From a bacterium (lineage in GTDB: Bacteria > JAHJDO01): DNA of 64,000 nucleotides. Location: NCBI GenBank assembly GCA_018812485.1, contig JAHJDO010000033.1, positions 22,435 to 86,434 on the forward strand, given 5' to 3'. The notes beneath the pieces were generated by a model, which saw only the letters and a program-made list of their open reading frames with translations, did not search any database and was not told the DNA's origin. Positions 1 through 9,748 of the stretch are shown one piece after another (the first letter of the stretch is position 1; each line of letters opens with the position of its first letter). Both the position numbers and the translations under genes were made by a program.

Positions 1-665
1 TGTCCCGCATTTCCAAAGCCCTGAACTGCAAAGGTGCCTTTGGAACTAATACCACAAGCTTTGCATGCCTCTCTTACAGTAAAGACTCCTCCACGAGCTG
101 TTGCATCTCCACGTCCTTCACTGCCTCCCAATGACAGCGGTTTGCCTGTGATCATCCCTGGATGAGATTCCCCCACTATAGCCTCGTACTCATCCATCAT
201 CCAAGCCATAATTTGTGGTGTTGTGTAAACATCAGGAGCAGGTACATCTTTGTGGACGCCAATGTGAGAAGCAATAGCTCTGATATAAGCTCTTGCAAGA
301 TATTCTTTTTCCCTTTCGGACATTGTCTTAGGATTGCAAATTATACCACCTTTACCCCCTCCAAGAGGGATGTTTACAAGAGCACACTTCCATGTCATCC
401 ACGCAGCTAGAGCGCGCACAGTATCTATCGTTTCTTCAGGATGCCAGCGCACTCCTCCCTTTGTCGGACCAAGAGCCGAATTATATTGAATCCTGAATCC
501 ATGAAAGACCTTGGTAGTTCCATCATCCATCTTTACTGGAAGAGTGAACGTAAATTCCCGTTGAGGCCACCGAAGAAGCTCGTGAGCAGCCTTATTGAGA
601 CCTAACTTCTCAACAGCTTCATCTAATTGGTTCTGTGTAATTTTAAACAGATTTGTTTCAATCAT
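1..665 (-). CDS. gdhA: Glutamate dehydrogenase (Glu/Leu/Phe/Val dehydrogenase family), N-terminal ~221 codons; gene continues past the window start
   Basis: Minus-strand translation from the ATG at 665 (RBS AAGAGGAG upstream) reads [24 protein letters not shown]...GGVRWHPEE...[21 protein letters not shown], which contains the glycine-rich catalytic-lysine loop of the GDH family. There is no stop before position 1, so it is absent from the ORF track. Confidence 0.7.
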   Translation of the reverse strand, partial: MIETNLFKITQNQLDEAVEKLGLNKAAHELLRWPQREFTFTLPVKMDDGTTKVFHGFRIQYNSALGPTKGGVRWHPEETIDTVRALAAWMTWKCALVNIPLGGGKGGIICNPKTMSEREKEYLARAYIRAIASHIGVHKDVPAPDVYTTPQIMAWMMDEYEAIVGESHPGMITGKPLSLGGSEGRGDATARGGVFTVREACKACGISSKGTFAVQGFGNAG

Positions 666-718
666 TTCTTCACTCCTCTTGTTTTTGTCGCTTAAATCAA
701 TTATAGTTATACTATTAT

Positions 719-1741
719 ATGGAAGATAAAATAACAACCCCAAATCTGCGGGACGAAGATAAAGAGTTTGACGTTACGCTGCGGCCTGAAAGGTTTGAGG
801 AATTTGTTGGCCAAAATAAAATCAAGGAACATCTTCAGATTTGCATTCAAGCTGCAAAAAAGAGAAACGAATCGCTTGACCATGTCCTTTTGTATGGACC
901 GCCCGGACTTGGAAAAACAACACTTGCAAACATAATTGCCAGAACTATGGATGTAAATATTAGAACCACTTCCGGACCTGTTATTGAGAGAGCTGGTGAT
1001 TTAGCTGGCGTTCTCACAAATCTGGACGATGGAGATGTTATATTTATAGATGAGGTGCATCGGCTAAGTCACGTCGTAGAAGAATATTTATATCCTGCTA
1101 TGGAAAGCTATAAAATAGACATTATGATTGACAAAGGTCCAAGCGCAAGGTCAGTAAAGCTAGATCTTCCTTCTTTTACACTTATTGGAGCAACAACGCG
1201 CGCTGGGCTTCTTACTTCTCCTCTAAGGTCGAGATTTGGTATCGTGTCCAGATTGGAGTTTTACGGACAGGATGATCTATATGATATTATCATTCGCTCT
1301 GCAAGGATTCTTCGTGTTGAGATAACAGCTGAAGGAGCTATGGAGATTGCAAAAAGGTCACGCGGTACACCAAGAATAGGTAACAGATTGCTTAGACGTG
1401 TAAGAGACTATGCACAAGTGAAGGCAGACGGGAAGATTACTAATGAAGTTGCTGATAAAGCTTTAGTGATGCTTGAGGTAGATAAATACGGTTTGGATGA
1501 TATGGATAAAAAAATCCTTGAGACGATTATTCATAAATTTAATGGAGGACCTGTAGGAGCAGGAACAATTGCTGTTGCTATAGGTGAAGAACAGGATACA
1601 ATAGAAGAGATCTATGAACCATATCTCATACAGCAGGGATTTATCAAACGTACGCCAAGCGGCAGGAAAGCAACTAAACTTGCATATCAGCACCTTGGTG
1701 TCAAACCTAATCCACAAATTCAACAAAAAGAACTATTTTAA
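719..1741 (+). CDS. ruvB: Holliday junction branch-migration ATPase RuvB
   Basis: 340 aa; Walker [10 protein letters not shown]; full-length RuvB-like sequence ([19 protein letters not shown]...FIDEVHRL...RTPSGR). Confidence 0.95.
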   Translation: MEDKITTPNLRDEDKEFDVTLRPERFEEFVGQNKIKEHLQICIQAAKKRNESLDHVLLYGPPGLGKTTLANIIARTMDVNIRTTSGPVIERAGDLAGVLTNLDDGDVIFIDEVHRLSHVVEEYLYPAMESYKIDIMIDKGPSARSVKLDLPSFTLIGATTRAGLLTSPLRSRFGIVSRLEFYGQDDLYDIIIRSARILRVEITAEGAMEIAKRSRGTPRIGNRLLRRVRDYAQVKADGKITNEVADKALVMLEVDKYGLDDMDKKILETIIHKFNGGPVGAGTIAVAIGEEQDTIEEIYEPYLIQQGFIKRTPSGRKATKLAYQHLGVKPNPQIQQKELF

Positions 1742-1748
1742 TTTAATT

Positions 1749-2165
1749 GTGAAAATATTTTTTTCTATAATTTTTCTCTTTATCTCCGCTCTAACATATG
1801 CAGAGGTAAATAGTTCTGAAACATCCATGCCTGAAATCGCAGTATTCCAGAAACCACCTCTTGTGAAAAGGATAGATAAAGAACTTGAGAGAATACAGCC
1901 AGAGGAAGCAAAAGGTCCGAATGCAAAGTTAACGATTATCAGCACATGGAAGGAAGGGACAAACTACACTGTTAATATGAGCATAAAAAACCTCAATAAG
2001 GAACAGGGATATAGAACTGTATACCTGTTAAGTTATGACAATGATGGAAGAATTGTAGCTGTGTCTTCTGACAGAAAGTATTTTCAATCATATCAGGAAT
2101 ACTTTACGCAGTATAAGTTTACAAAATCATCTTCTATAATCAGATGGAGGTTTTATGTTAAATAA
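1749..2165 (+). CDS. Hypothetical small secreted protein (signal peptide); 3' end overlaps the secretin start
   Basis: A GTG at 1749 gives VKIFFSIIFLFISALTYA/EVN, a signal-peptide-like N-terminus. The track ORF 1614..2165 overlaps the ruvB 3' end, so a later start is likely. No clear SD; alternative ATG at 1826. Ends 11 nt inside the secretin gene. Confidence 0.35.
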   Translation: MKIFFSIIFLFISALTYAEVNSSETSMPEIAVFQKPPLVKRIDKELERIQPEEAKGPNAKLTIISTWKEGTNYTVNMSIKNLNKEQGYRTVYLLSYDNDGRIVAVSSDRKYFQSYQEYFTQYKFTKSSSIIRWRFYVK

Positions 2166-3687
2166 AAATGTTCTTAGGATATTGGTCCCGATATTCATCG
2201 GGATGGCTGCTGTTATATCAGGTGGAATTTGTTTCTCTGAGGATTTATGGACAGGAGCTATATCAAAAATAACAGTAACAGATATTGATAGCGAGACATC
2301 GAAAATAGATATGGTGCTTGATAAAAACGAAGAAAATAATATTTCATTCGATCAATCAAAAACAATATCCATAGAAACTGGTCAATTAGAGAGAAAAACA
2401 AAAATCTATCTGGACGGAGTGAATCCAGCAAAGAAAGCAGGTTTTTGTCATAAAAAAGACAAGCTTATATCTGAGCTAAAGATATCCAGAATTTCAGGAA
2501 GTATTTCAAATCCGAGCATACAGGCAACGAATGATGGAGCTCCTGTATTTTCTACGCTGATTGATATAATTACAAATAAAACGGTAATTGTTAATATTGT
2601 TAGCAAGGAGAAAAATGGAGATGTTGAAATTACAATCACAATTACAGCATCTAAAGAACAAGATCTAAGCTTACAAACTCCCAGCATTATTGATATAACT
2701 TCTCAGGAGTTCGACAATCCTTTATCAAAAGAGACTGGGACAAATATTAATGAGAAAATGCTGAAGAAGATGTTACCTGATGATTTTATCACAGCCGTAT
2801 TTCCCTTACAGCATATTGATCCTGCTACAGCAAAAACAATTGTCCAAAATGAGCTCTCATCAAGAGGAATGGTACAGGTCTATCTGGACAAATCCCAGCT
2901 TATAGTAACCGATACAGTTTCATACATTAGAAGCATAGGAAAGCTTATTGAAAATATTGATATAAAAGTGCCTCAGGTACTTATTGAAGCGCGAATATTT
3001 GAAGTTAGCTATGATAAAGAAACTGAAATAGGGATTGACTGGAGCCTTGCTCGTCCGTCCGTAACTGCAACCATTGAACATACACTAAACGCAGCAGTAA
3101 AAGAAACAAGAGGAACAGAACTTATAGTAAGGGGCCTTTTAGGAGACCGCTACAAAAGAGATGCTCTTTTTGCAACAATAGATGCTCTTGTCAGCGAAGG
3201 TAAGGCAAAGATAGTTGCGCGGCCAAAGGTGGTTGTTCTCAATAATCAGAAAGCAATTATCACATCTGGAGATAATATACCTTATAGAAAAGAAAACTAT
3301 GATAATAGAGGAGCAGGAGTAGGAGCAGGGACACAATATTTTGTAACTGATTTTCTGCAGACAGGTATAACCTTGACTGTTACCCCGCATGTCAGAAATA
3401 ATGATCTTATTGTTTTAAATGTGAAACCAGAAGTAAAATATATCATTGGATATAAAGGTGAATATGATATGCCTGTTTTCAGCACAAGATCAACGGACAC
3501 AGTTGTTAGCGTGAAAAATGGCGATACTCTGGTTATAGGCGGGCTCTTTAAAGAGGGCAAAAAGACTATTGAACACGGTATTCCTCTATTAAAAGATATT
3601 CCAATACTGGGATATTTGTTTAAGCATAAAAGAGATATTAATATTAAGACAGAAGTGGTCATATGCATAACAACAACACTGATTTGA
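2155..3687 (+). CDS. Outer-membrane secretin (type II secretion / type IV pilus GspD/PilQ family)
   Basis: 510 aa; RBS GGAGG; N-terminal hydrophobic segment. Secretin-domain hallmarks VPQVLIEARIFEVSYDKETEIGIDWS and C-terminal GDTLVIGGLFKEGKKTIEHGIPLLKDIPILGYLFKHK...TEVVICITTTLI. Confidence 0.85.
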   Translation: MLNKNVLRILVPIFIGMAAVISGGICFSEDLWTGAISKITVTDIDSETSKIDMVLDKNEENNISFDQSKTISIETGQLERKTKIYLDGVNPAKKAGFCHKKDKLISELKISRISGSISNPSIQATNDGAPVFSTLIDIITNKTVIVNIVSKEKNGDVEITITITASKEQDLSLQTPSIIDITSQEFDNPLSKETGTNINEKMLKKMLPDDFITAVFPLQHIDPATAKTIVQNELSSRGMVQVYLDKSQLIVTDTVSYIRSIGKLIENIDIKVPQVLIEARIFEVSYDKETEIGIDWSLARPSVTATIEHTLNAAVKETRGTELIVRGLLGDRYKRDALFATIDALVSEGKAKIVARPKVVVLNNQKAIITSGDNIPYRKENYDNRGAGVGAGTQYFVTDFLQTGITLTVTPHVRNNDLIVLNVKPEVKYIIGYKGEYDMPVFSTRSTDTVVSVKNGDTLVIGGLFKEGKKTIEHGIPLLKDIPILGYLFKHKRDINIKTEVVICITTTLI

Positions 3688-5132
3688 AGAACGCAAGAGT
3701 TCGTTTTGCTCCATCCCCAACAGGTTCCCTTCACCTTGGCAATGTAAGAACTGCTATATTCAACTGGCTCTTCGCAAGACACGCAAAAGGCACCTTCATA
3801 CTGCGCATGGAGGACACAGACAAAGAACGTTCAACTCCTGAATCAGTAAGTTTAATACTTGAAAGCTTAAGATGGCTTGGACTGGACTGGGATGAGGGGC
3901 CTGATGTTGGAGGAGATTTTGGTCCTTATTATCAGATGCAAAGACTGGATAAATATAAAAAGTACATAGATATATTGATTAAGGGAAATATGGTTTATCC
4001 CTGTTTCTGTACTTCTGAGAGACTTGCAGAGATGAGACTACAGATGCAGAAGCAAAAATTGCCGCCCAGATATGACGGTAAATGCAGGAATTTAAGCAAA
4101 GAAGAAATAGAGCATCTAATATCTCAGGGCACAAAACATGTTCTGCGATTCAAAGTTCCCGCTGCCGGCATTACAGAATTTAAAGATCTCATTCACGGAG
4201 GAATATCTATTGATAACTCAGTTCTGGATGATTTTATTATTGTTAAATCCGATGCTGGTCCGACGTATAACTTTGCATGTGTAGTTGATGACATTGAGAT
4301 GAAGATAACTCATGTTATAAGAGGGGATGACCATATCTCAAACACGCCGAAACAGATTGCTGTATACAAGGCATTAGGAATTACTTCCCCTGTATTTGCG
4401 CATATTCCTTTAATTCTCGGTCCTGATAAGGCAAAATTGAGCAAACGCCACGGAGCAGCTTCCCCTCTTGAATATAGAGATATGGGCTATCTTCCTCATG
4501 CATTACTTAACTTTCTTACCCTGCTTGGCTGGGCTCCCGGAGATAACCGTGAAGTTATGAGCAGGGATGAAATTATAGAGAGCTTTTCAATAGAAAAGAT
4601 AAATGACAGAAATGCTGTTTTTGACAGCCAGAAGCTTGATTGGATGAATGGAGTATATATAAGAAAAATGCCTCTGAAAAAACTTGTAGGCATTGCTTTG
4701 GAAGAATTAAAGAAGGCGAAGCTTATAAAAGATACCAAGGAAGTTGATATTAATAAAACAACCAAAATAGTTGGACTAATCCAGGAACGTCTCAAAAAAT
4801 TCTCTGAAATTCCCCAACTTATAAATTACTTTTTTATGGATACTCCGATATATGAGGAGAAAGCAGTTAATAAGTTCTTAAAAAAAGATGGTGTTTCAGA
4901 AATGCTGCAGGAGTTAGGCAGAGTAATAGAAGGAGTAAAATCATTTGATATAGAAACACTTGAGAGCGTAGTAAGAGCATTTATTGAGAAAAAAGGACTG
5001 AAGCCGGGAGATGTCATTCATCCTGTAAGAGTTGCACTTACCGGCCGCGCTGCCAGCCCGCCAATATTTGACGTAATGAATGTTCTGGGAAAACAAACCT
5101 GCCTGAAAAGAATCAAAAAGTTTTTAAAATAA
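3663..5132 (+). CDS. gltX: Glutamate--tRNA ligase
   Basis: 489 aa; class I HIGH-type motif PSPTGSLHLGNVRTA; KMSKS-type motif KLSKR; Zn-binding CFCTSERL...C region. Confidence 0.95.
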   Translation: MHNNNTDLKNARVRFAPSPTGSLHLGNVRTAIFNWLFARHAKGTFILRMEDTDKERSTPESVSLILESLRWLGLDWDEGPDVGGDFGPYYQMQRLDKYKKYIDILIKGNMVYPCFCTSERLAEMRLQMQKQKLPPRYDGKCRNLSKEEIEHLISQGTKHVLRFKVPAAGITEFKDLIHGGISIDNSVLDDFIIVKSDAGPTYNFACVVDDIEMKITHVIRGDDHISNTPKQIAVYKALGITSPVFAHIPLILGPDKAKLSKRHGAASPLEYRDMGYLPHALLNFLTLLGWAPGDNREVMSRDEIIESFSIEKINDRNAVFDSQKLDWMNGVYIRKMPLKKLVGIALEELKKAKLIKDTKEVDINKTTKIVGLIQERLKKFSEIPQLINYFFMDTPIYEEKAVNKFLKKDGVSEMLQELGRVIEGVKSFDIETLESVVRAFIEKKGLKPGDVIHPVRVALTGRAASPPIFDVMNVLGKQTCLKRIKKFLK

Positions 5133-5186
5133 AAAGGGTCAAGTCTTTATTGAGGTTGCAGGTAATTTGGGGTAGGGTAGTATTAA
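5130..5186 (+). repeat. Copy 1 of a ~57-bp direct repeat (AAAAAGGGTCAAGTCTTTATTGAGGTT-GCA-GGTAATTTG-GG-GTAGGGTAGTATTAA) immediately 5' of the cupin gene
   Basis: About 54 of 57 nt identical to copy 2 at 5565..5620. Contains a possible sigma70-like TTGCAG-16-TAGTAT. Confidence 0.8.
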
Positions 5187-5216
5187 AGTATAAGTGGTTG
5201 TTATATGGAGGAAAAC

Positions 5217-5534
5217 ATGAATCAAGAAGCGAAACCAGAAACTGTAAATGACTTAGTGAATTACCAAGATGAATCAGTTGTAAGTAGAACTTTAATAGAA
5301 AAAGAAACTGGAACAATAACATTGTTTGCATTTAGTAAAGGACAGGCATTAAGTGAACATACAGCTCCATTTGATGCTATGGTTTATATTCTTGATGGCA
5401 AAGCAGAAATCACAATTTCGGGTAATCCAAATACTTTAGAATCAGGTCAGATGATTGTTATGCCAGCAAATAAGCCTCATGCATTAAAGGCTACAGAAAA
5501 TTTCAAAATGTTGCTAACAATGATTCGATCATAA
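5217..5534 (+). CDS. Cupin-domain protein (small, ~105 aa)
   Basis: ATG at 5217 preceded by GGAGGAAAAC (the track start at 5205 lies inside that RBS). Cupin-like two-His/Glu region MVYILDGKAEITISGNPNTLESGQMIVMPANKPHALKA. Confidence 0.6.
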   Translation: MNQEAKPETVNDLVNYQDESVVSRTLIEKETGTITLFAFSKGQALSEHTAPFDAMVYILDGKAEITISGNPNTLESGQMIVMPANKPHALKATENFKMLLTMIRS

Positions 5535-5564
5535 CTTAATAAAATGCCTAACAATTCGCTACTA

Positions 5565-5620
5565 AAAAAGGGTCAAGTCTTTATTGAGGTTTTAGGTAAT
5601 TTGAGGTAGGGTAGTATTAA
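5565..5620 (+). repeat. Copy 2 of the ~57-bp direct repeat, immediately 5' of the 142-aa hypothetical gene
   Basis: AAAAAGGGTCAAGTCTTTATTGAGGTTTTAGGTAATTTGAGGTAGGGTAGTATTAA, followed by RBS AGGAGG and the ATG at 5636. Confidence 0.8.
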
Positions 5621-5635
5621 GAGGAGGAATATTGA

Positions 5636-6064
5636 ATGCTAGAACAACCTGTTCCAAAAGCAAATGCAATGCTAATTTGTGATTCTGTTATTACTGATAA
5701 GCATACAAACAAAAAAAGTCTAATTGGAGTTTTTGAAGATATTAATGCCTCTAAATTTCCATGTGTGCATCATTCCCTAGCTGTATATATAAAACTTACA
5801 GATGCGAGAGGAAAATATAGATTTCGCCTGGAATTAGTAGATTTAGAAGAGAATCTTATAATTAGGAAGACAGAGTTGCCACAAGATATAAGCATCAATA
5901 ATCCACTTGGAACTTATGACCTTGTTATTAACTTTGGCGGATTAACGTTTAAGCATGCCGGTGAATATGACTTTAGGATGTTTGCAAATAATAAAATTTT
6001 TGAACAGAAGAAGTTTTCCGTGAAGCAAATACAAATAAAGAAATTACCAGAAAAAGGGTATTAG
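5636..6064 (+). CDS. Hypothetical protein (142 aa, no recognisable motif)
   Basis: Strong RBS AGGAGGAATATTGA before the ATG; long clean ORF; function unknown. Confidence 0.45.
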   Translation: MLEQPVPKANAMLICDSVITDKHTNKKSLIGVFEDINASKFPCVHHSLAVYIKLTDARGKYRFRLELVDLEENLIIRKTELPQDISINNPLGTYDLVINFGGLTFKHAGEYDFRMFANNKIFEQKKFSVKQIQIKKLPEKGY

Positions 6065-6158
6065 AATTAAAAACGACTCATCACCCTTTTCCCCAAATAC
6101 CTCAACAACACTTGTTGATCTCGTTGACAAAATTCTTGCTCTCACCAAATCTACAGAT

Positions 6159-6200
6159 AACCGCCAGCTAAAGCAGGCGGTTGCGATGGAGCGATTTTTT
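6159..6200 (+). terminator. Possible intrinsic terminator after the 142-aa gene
   Basis: AACCGCC-N10-GGCGGTT hairpin (6159..6182) with a T6 run at 6195..6200. The T-run is 12 nt from the stem, so this is only a weak call. Confidence 0.25.
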
Positions 6201-6204
6201 CGGC

Positions 6205-6233
6205 TTGACAAAAGTCACTCTAGTTGCTATTTT
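6205..6233 (+). promoter_or_regulatory. Sigma70-like promoter of the hrcA operon
   Basis: TTGACA (6205-6210), a 17-bp spacer, TATTTT (6228-6233); the CIRCE element begins 11 bp downstream. Confidence 0.45.
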
Positions 6234-6243
6234 ATGCTTAAGT

Positions 6244-6270
6244 TTAGCACTCTCAGCTTTAGAGTGCTAA
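6244..6270 (+). promoter_or_regulatory. CIRCE element (HrcA operator), perfect inverted repeat
   Basis: TTAGCACTC-TCAGCTTTA-GAGTGCTAA matches the CIRCE consensus TTAGCACTC-N9-GAGTGCTAA exactly. Sits 13 nt upstream of the hrcA GTG start. Confidence 0.9.
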
Positions 6271-6282
6271 AAAAGGAGTAAA

Positions 6283-7338
6283 GTGATTAAAAAAACAGTA
6301 GGCGTCAACAGGGAAGCCGATATCTTAAAGGCGGCAATTCATTCGTATATTGATACTGCAGAGCCTATTGCTTCCCAAAAACTGGTTAAGACTTATAAAT
6401 TAAACATATCATCAGCTACTGTCAGGAATGTTTTGGTAAAATTGGAAGAGCAAGGCTACCTGATACAGCCTCATACTTCTGCAGGCAGAGTCCCTACCGA
6501 TAAAGGGTACCGTTTTTATGTTAAATTTCTTATAGAAACAGAGTTGCTTACAAGTGAAGAAAGGAACTTTATAGATGATGCATATTCAAGTATTAATTAT
6601 GATATTGAGTCAATAATTAAAGAAACAACAAAGATGCTGTCTTTTATAACCAATTATATGGGATTTGCAGAACTGCCAAGATTTCATGATAGTGGAACAT
6701 TCAAACATTTAGAGCTTATAGCCCTTCAGGGTCACAGAATTATGATTATTATTATTATGAATTCAGGAGACATGAAAAAAAAGGTAGTTTGTTTTAGGGA
6801 TGAAGTATCTGGCGCTGATCTGCAAAGAATATGCGCATTTCTAAATGAAAATCTGGAAGGACTTGACTTTACTCATATCCGTTCAGATTTTAAGGAGATT
6901 TTTAAAGAAAAATCTTTTCATCTTGATAAAATAATATATAACTGTGTGCTGTCCATACTGGATGTAATCCTTTCTTTTGAGGAAGAAAAGAAAGTTTTCA
7001 TTGATGGCTATGAGTATCTTATGCAGTATCCGGAATTTAGGGATATTAATAAAGCACAGGCTGTGTTCAAGGCATTGAATGCAAGGTATTTATCTAAAAT
7101 TCTTAATATGCCCATTGATAGCAAGGAATGCATAAAAGTTCTTATTGGCAGGGAAACAGCTGATAGTGATATAGAAAATTGTAGTTTACTTACGGTAAGA
7201 TATAGCTTATTTAGATCCCCGATGGGATCATTGGGCATAATAGGTCCCAGAAGAATGGCATATTCAAAAGTAATAAGTAAATTAAATTATACTGCGTGCA
7301 AACTTAGTGATATTATGAAAAAGCTCTTGCTTGAATAG
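6283..7338 (+). CDS. hrcA: Heat-inducible transcription repressor HrcA
   Basis: 351 aa; GTG start with RBS GGAG; N-terminal winged helix (...SQKLVKTYKLNISSATVRNVLVKLEEQGYLIQPHTSAGRVPTDKGYRFYV) typical of HrcA; followed by grpE-dnaK-dnaJ. Confidence 0.9.
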   Translation: MIKKTVGVNREADILKAAIHSYIDTAEPIASQKLVKTYKLNISSATVRNVLVKLEEQGYLIQPHTSAGRVPTDKGYRFYVKFLIETELLTSEERNFIDDAYSSINYDIESIIKETTKMLSFITNYMGFAELPRFHDSGTFKHLELIALQGHRIMIIIIMNSGDMKKKVVCFRDEVSGADLQRICAFLNENLEGLDFTHIRSDFKEIFKEKSFHLDKIIYNCVLSILDVILSFEEEKKVFIDGYEYLMQYPEFRDINKAQAVFKALNARYLSKILNMPIDSKECIKVLIGRETADSDIENCSLLTVRYSLFRSPMGSLGIIGPRRMAYSKVISKLNYTACKLSDIMKKLLLE

Positions 7339-7351
7339 GCAGGAAGGAAAA

Positions 7352-7852
7352 ATGAAGACACGGGAAAAAACAAAATATACCGAAAAAGAATTAAAGAAGA
7401 TGGAAGAAAAATCTAAGCTATGCGATGAAAGTCGCGACCAGCTTTTGAGGGTGCACGCAGAGTTTGATAATTTCAAAAAGAGAACGGCAAGAGAATATGA
7501 GTCTCTTATTAAGTTTGCAAATGAGAAGTTAATCAACGAAATATTGCCTGTTGTTGATAATTTTAAAAGGGCAATAGATTCAGCAGATAAGGCAACTAAT
7601 ATCAAAGACCTCAAAAACGGCATTAAACTGGTTTTGAAGCAATTTGAGGATATCTTGCGGCAAAATGGGCTGGAAGAGATACAGTCTCACGGCGCTCAAT
7701 TTAATCCTGACAAGCATGAGGCTGTTATACAGGTGGAAACTGATAAACACCCTGAGGATACAGTAGTTGAAGAAATTAGAACAGGCTACAAACTGCATGG
7801 GAAGGTTATAAGGCCGTCTCTTGTAAAAGTGTCAAAAAAACAAAATAAATAA
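7352..7852 (+). CDS. grpE: Nucleotide exchange factor GrpE
   Basis: ATG at 7352 after RBS AGGAAGGA (the track start 7331 is a TTG inside the hrcA 3' end). GrpE-like LLRVHAEFDNFKKRTAREYESL...ILPVVDNFKRA. Confidence 0.9.
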   Translation: MKTREKTKYTEKELKKMEEKSKLCDESRDQLLRVHAEFDNFKKRTAREYESLIKFANEKLINEILPVVDNFKRAIDSADKATNIKDLKNGIKLVLKQFEDILRQNGLEEIQSHGAQFNPDKHEAVIQVETDKHPEDTVVEEIRTGYKLHGKVIRPSLVKVSKKQNK

Positions 7853-7876
7853 TAGAATAAAAAAGGAGGCTTAATA

Positions 7877-9748
7877 ATGGGTAAAGTAATAGGTATTGAT
7901 TTGGGAACAACTAATTCCTGCATGGCAGTTATGGAAGGCGGGAAACCTGTTGTTATTGTTAATGCAGAAGGAAGCAGAACCACTCCGTCCGTTGTGGCAA
8001 TATCCAAAACAGGAGAAAGGCTGGTCGGCCAGATTGCTAAAAGACAGGCAGTGTCAAATCCGGAAAATACAATAAGCTCGATAAAGAGGAAGATGGGACA
8101 AAAGATAAAGGTAAAAGCCGGTGATAAGGAATATACACCTCCTGAGATCTCTGCCGCGATACTCCAGAAGTTCAAACATGATGCAGAAAGTTATCTTGGA
8201 GATAAAGTAGAAAAAGCGGTCATTACAGTGCCTGCATATTTTAGTGACAGTCAGAGGCAGGCAACTAAGGATGCCGGTAAGATTGCAGGTCTTGAAGTGC
8301 TCAGAATCATAAATGAGCCGACTGCCGCTGCTCTGGCATATGGGCTTGATAAAAAAGGAAATCAGACTATTGCGGTATACGACCTCGGTGGAGGCACATT
8401 TGATATCTCTATACTTGAAATAGGTGATGGGGTTTTTGAAGTTAAGGCAACCAATGGCAATACAAAACTTGGAGGAGATGACTTTGACCAGAAGATTATT
8501 GACTGGCTGGTCAGTGAGTTTAAGAAATCAAATGGTATGGATTTAAGTAATGACAGGATGGCAATGCAGAGATTAAAAGAGGCCGCTGAGAAGGCAAAGG
8601 CAGAACTTTCTACTGCGCAGACAGCAAACATAAATCTTCCATTTATAACAGCGGATCAAAACGGACCGAAGCATCTGGATATAACACTTAGGCGCGCGCA
8701 GTTGGAAAAGCTGACAAAGGACCTTGTAGACAGCACAATTGGTCCGTGTAAGCAGGCAGTGGCTGATTCAAAAATAGAAAAAAAAGATATTGATCATGTA
8801 ATATTAGTTGGAGGACAGACAAGGTCTCCAATGGTCCAGGAAGTGGTAAAGCAATTTTTTGGTAAAGAACCTCATAAGGGCGTTAATCCAGACGAGGTTG
8901 TTGCTGTTGGGGCAGCCATTCAGGCTGGAGTCCTTTCCGGGGAAGTTAAAGACGTGCTACTTCTAGATGTTACTCCGCTTTCGTTAGGCATTGAGACATT
9001 GGGAGGAGTTTGCACAAGGCTTATAGAGAGGAACACAACCATTCCAACGAAGAAATCCCAGATATTCAGCACTGCTGCAGATAACCAGCCTGCTGTAAAT
9101 ATACATGTGCTGCAGGGAGAGAGAGAGATGGCGCAGTATAATAAAACGCTTGGAAGGTTCGACTTAGTAGGGATACCCTCCGCTCCGCGTGGAGTGCCTC
9201 AAATAGAAGTAACTTTTAATATTGATGCAAATGGAATTACACATGTATCGGCCAAGGATTTAGCTACAGGCAAGGAACAGTCAATTGTGATAAAATCCTC
9301 CGGCGGCTTGAGTGAAGAAGAAGTGGAAAAAATGGTTAAGGATGCAGAAGCTCATGCGGAAGAGGATAAGAAGAAAAAAGAAACAATTGAAGTTCATAAT
9401 CAATTGGATTCTTTGATTTATACAACAGAGAAATCCCTGAAGGATCATGGGGATAAAGTAGACTCATCTGAGAAAGGTAAGATACAATCTGCTCTGGACG
9501 AAGCTAAAAAAGCTTTGGAGGCTAATGATATGGAGCAGATGAAAAAGACTTCTGAAAGCCTGCAGCAAGCTGCTCATAAGCTGGCTGAGGTTATGTATCA
9601 GCAAGCTGCAAAACAGCAGCAGCAAGCAGGAGCAGAAGACCAGGCTCAGGCAGGGCAAAATCAGGAAAAGAAAAAGTCTGATAAAGAAGAGGATGTAATA
9701 GATGCAGACTATAAAGTGGAAGACGACGGGGAGAAAAAGGGTAAGTAG
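7877..9748 (+). CDS. dnaK: Chaperone DnaK (Hsp70)
   Basis: 623 aa; RBS AGGAGG; canonical Hsp70 motifs [35 protein letters not shown]. Confidence 0.97.
   Translation: MGKVIGIDLGTTNSCMAVMEGGKPVVIVNAEGSRTTPSVVAISKTGERLVGQIAKRQAVSNPENTISSIKRKMGQKIKVKAGDKEYTPPEISAAILQKFKHDAESYLGDKVEKAVITVPAYFSDSQRQATKDAGKIAGLEVLRIINEPTAAALAYGLDKKGNQTIAVYDLGGGTFDISILEIGDGVFEVKATNGNTKLGGDDFDQKIIDWLVSEFKKSNGMDLSNDRMAMQRLKEAAEKAKAELSTAQTANINLPFITADQNGPKHLDITLRRAQLEKLTKDLVDSTIGPCKQAVADSKIEKKDIDHVILVGGQTRSPMVQEVVKQFFGKEPHKGVNPDEVVAVGAAIQAGVLSGEVKDVLLLDVTPLSLGIETLGGVCTRLIERNTTIPTKKSQIFSTAADNQPAVNIHVLQGEREMAQYNKTLGRFDLVGIPSAPRGVPQIEVTFNIDANGITHVSAKDLATGKEQSIVIKSSGGLSEEEVEKMVKDAEAHAEEDKKKKETIEVHNQLDSLIYTTEKSLKDHGDKVDSSEKGKIQSALDEAKKALEANDMEQMKKTSESLQQAAHKLAEVMYQQAAKQQQQAGAEDQAQAGQNQEKKKSDKEEDVIDADYKVEDDGEKKGK

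Noticed and set aside
162-410. 82-aa plus-strand ORF
   Set aside because: Lies entirely antisense to the well-supported GDH coding sequence (1..665, minus). No RBS and a low-complexity product.
6122-6150. Second TTGACA (6122-6127) as an alternative hrcA promoter
   Set aside because: No acceptable -10 hexamer at 16-18 bp spacing. The TTGACA-17-TATTTT at 6205-6233 immediately upstream of CIRCE is a much better fit.
7786-8175. 129-aa minus-strand ORF (and similar ORFs at 8362..8631, 9464..9838, 9709..10137)
   Set aside because: Antisense to dnaK/dnaJ, which are unambiguous. These are typical shadow ORFs in AT-rich DNA.
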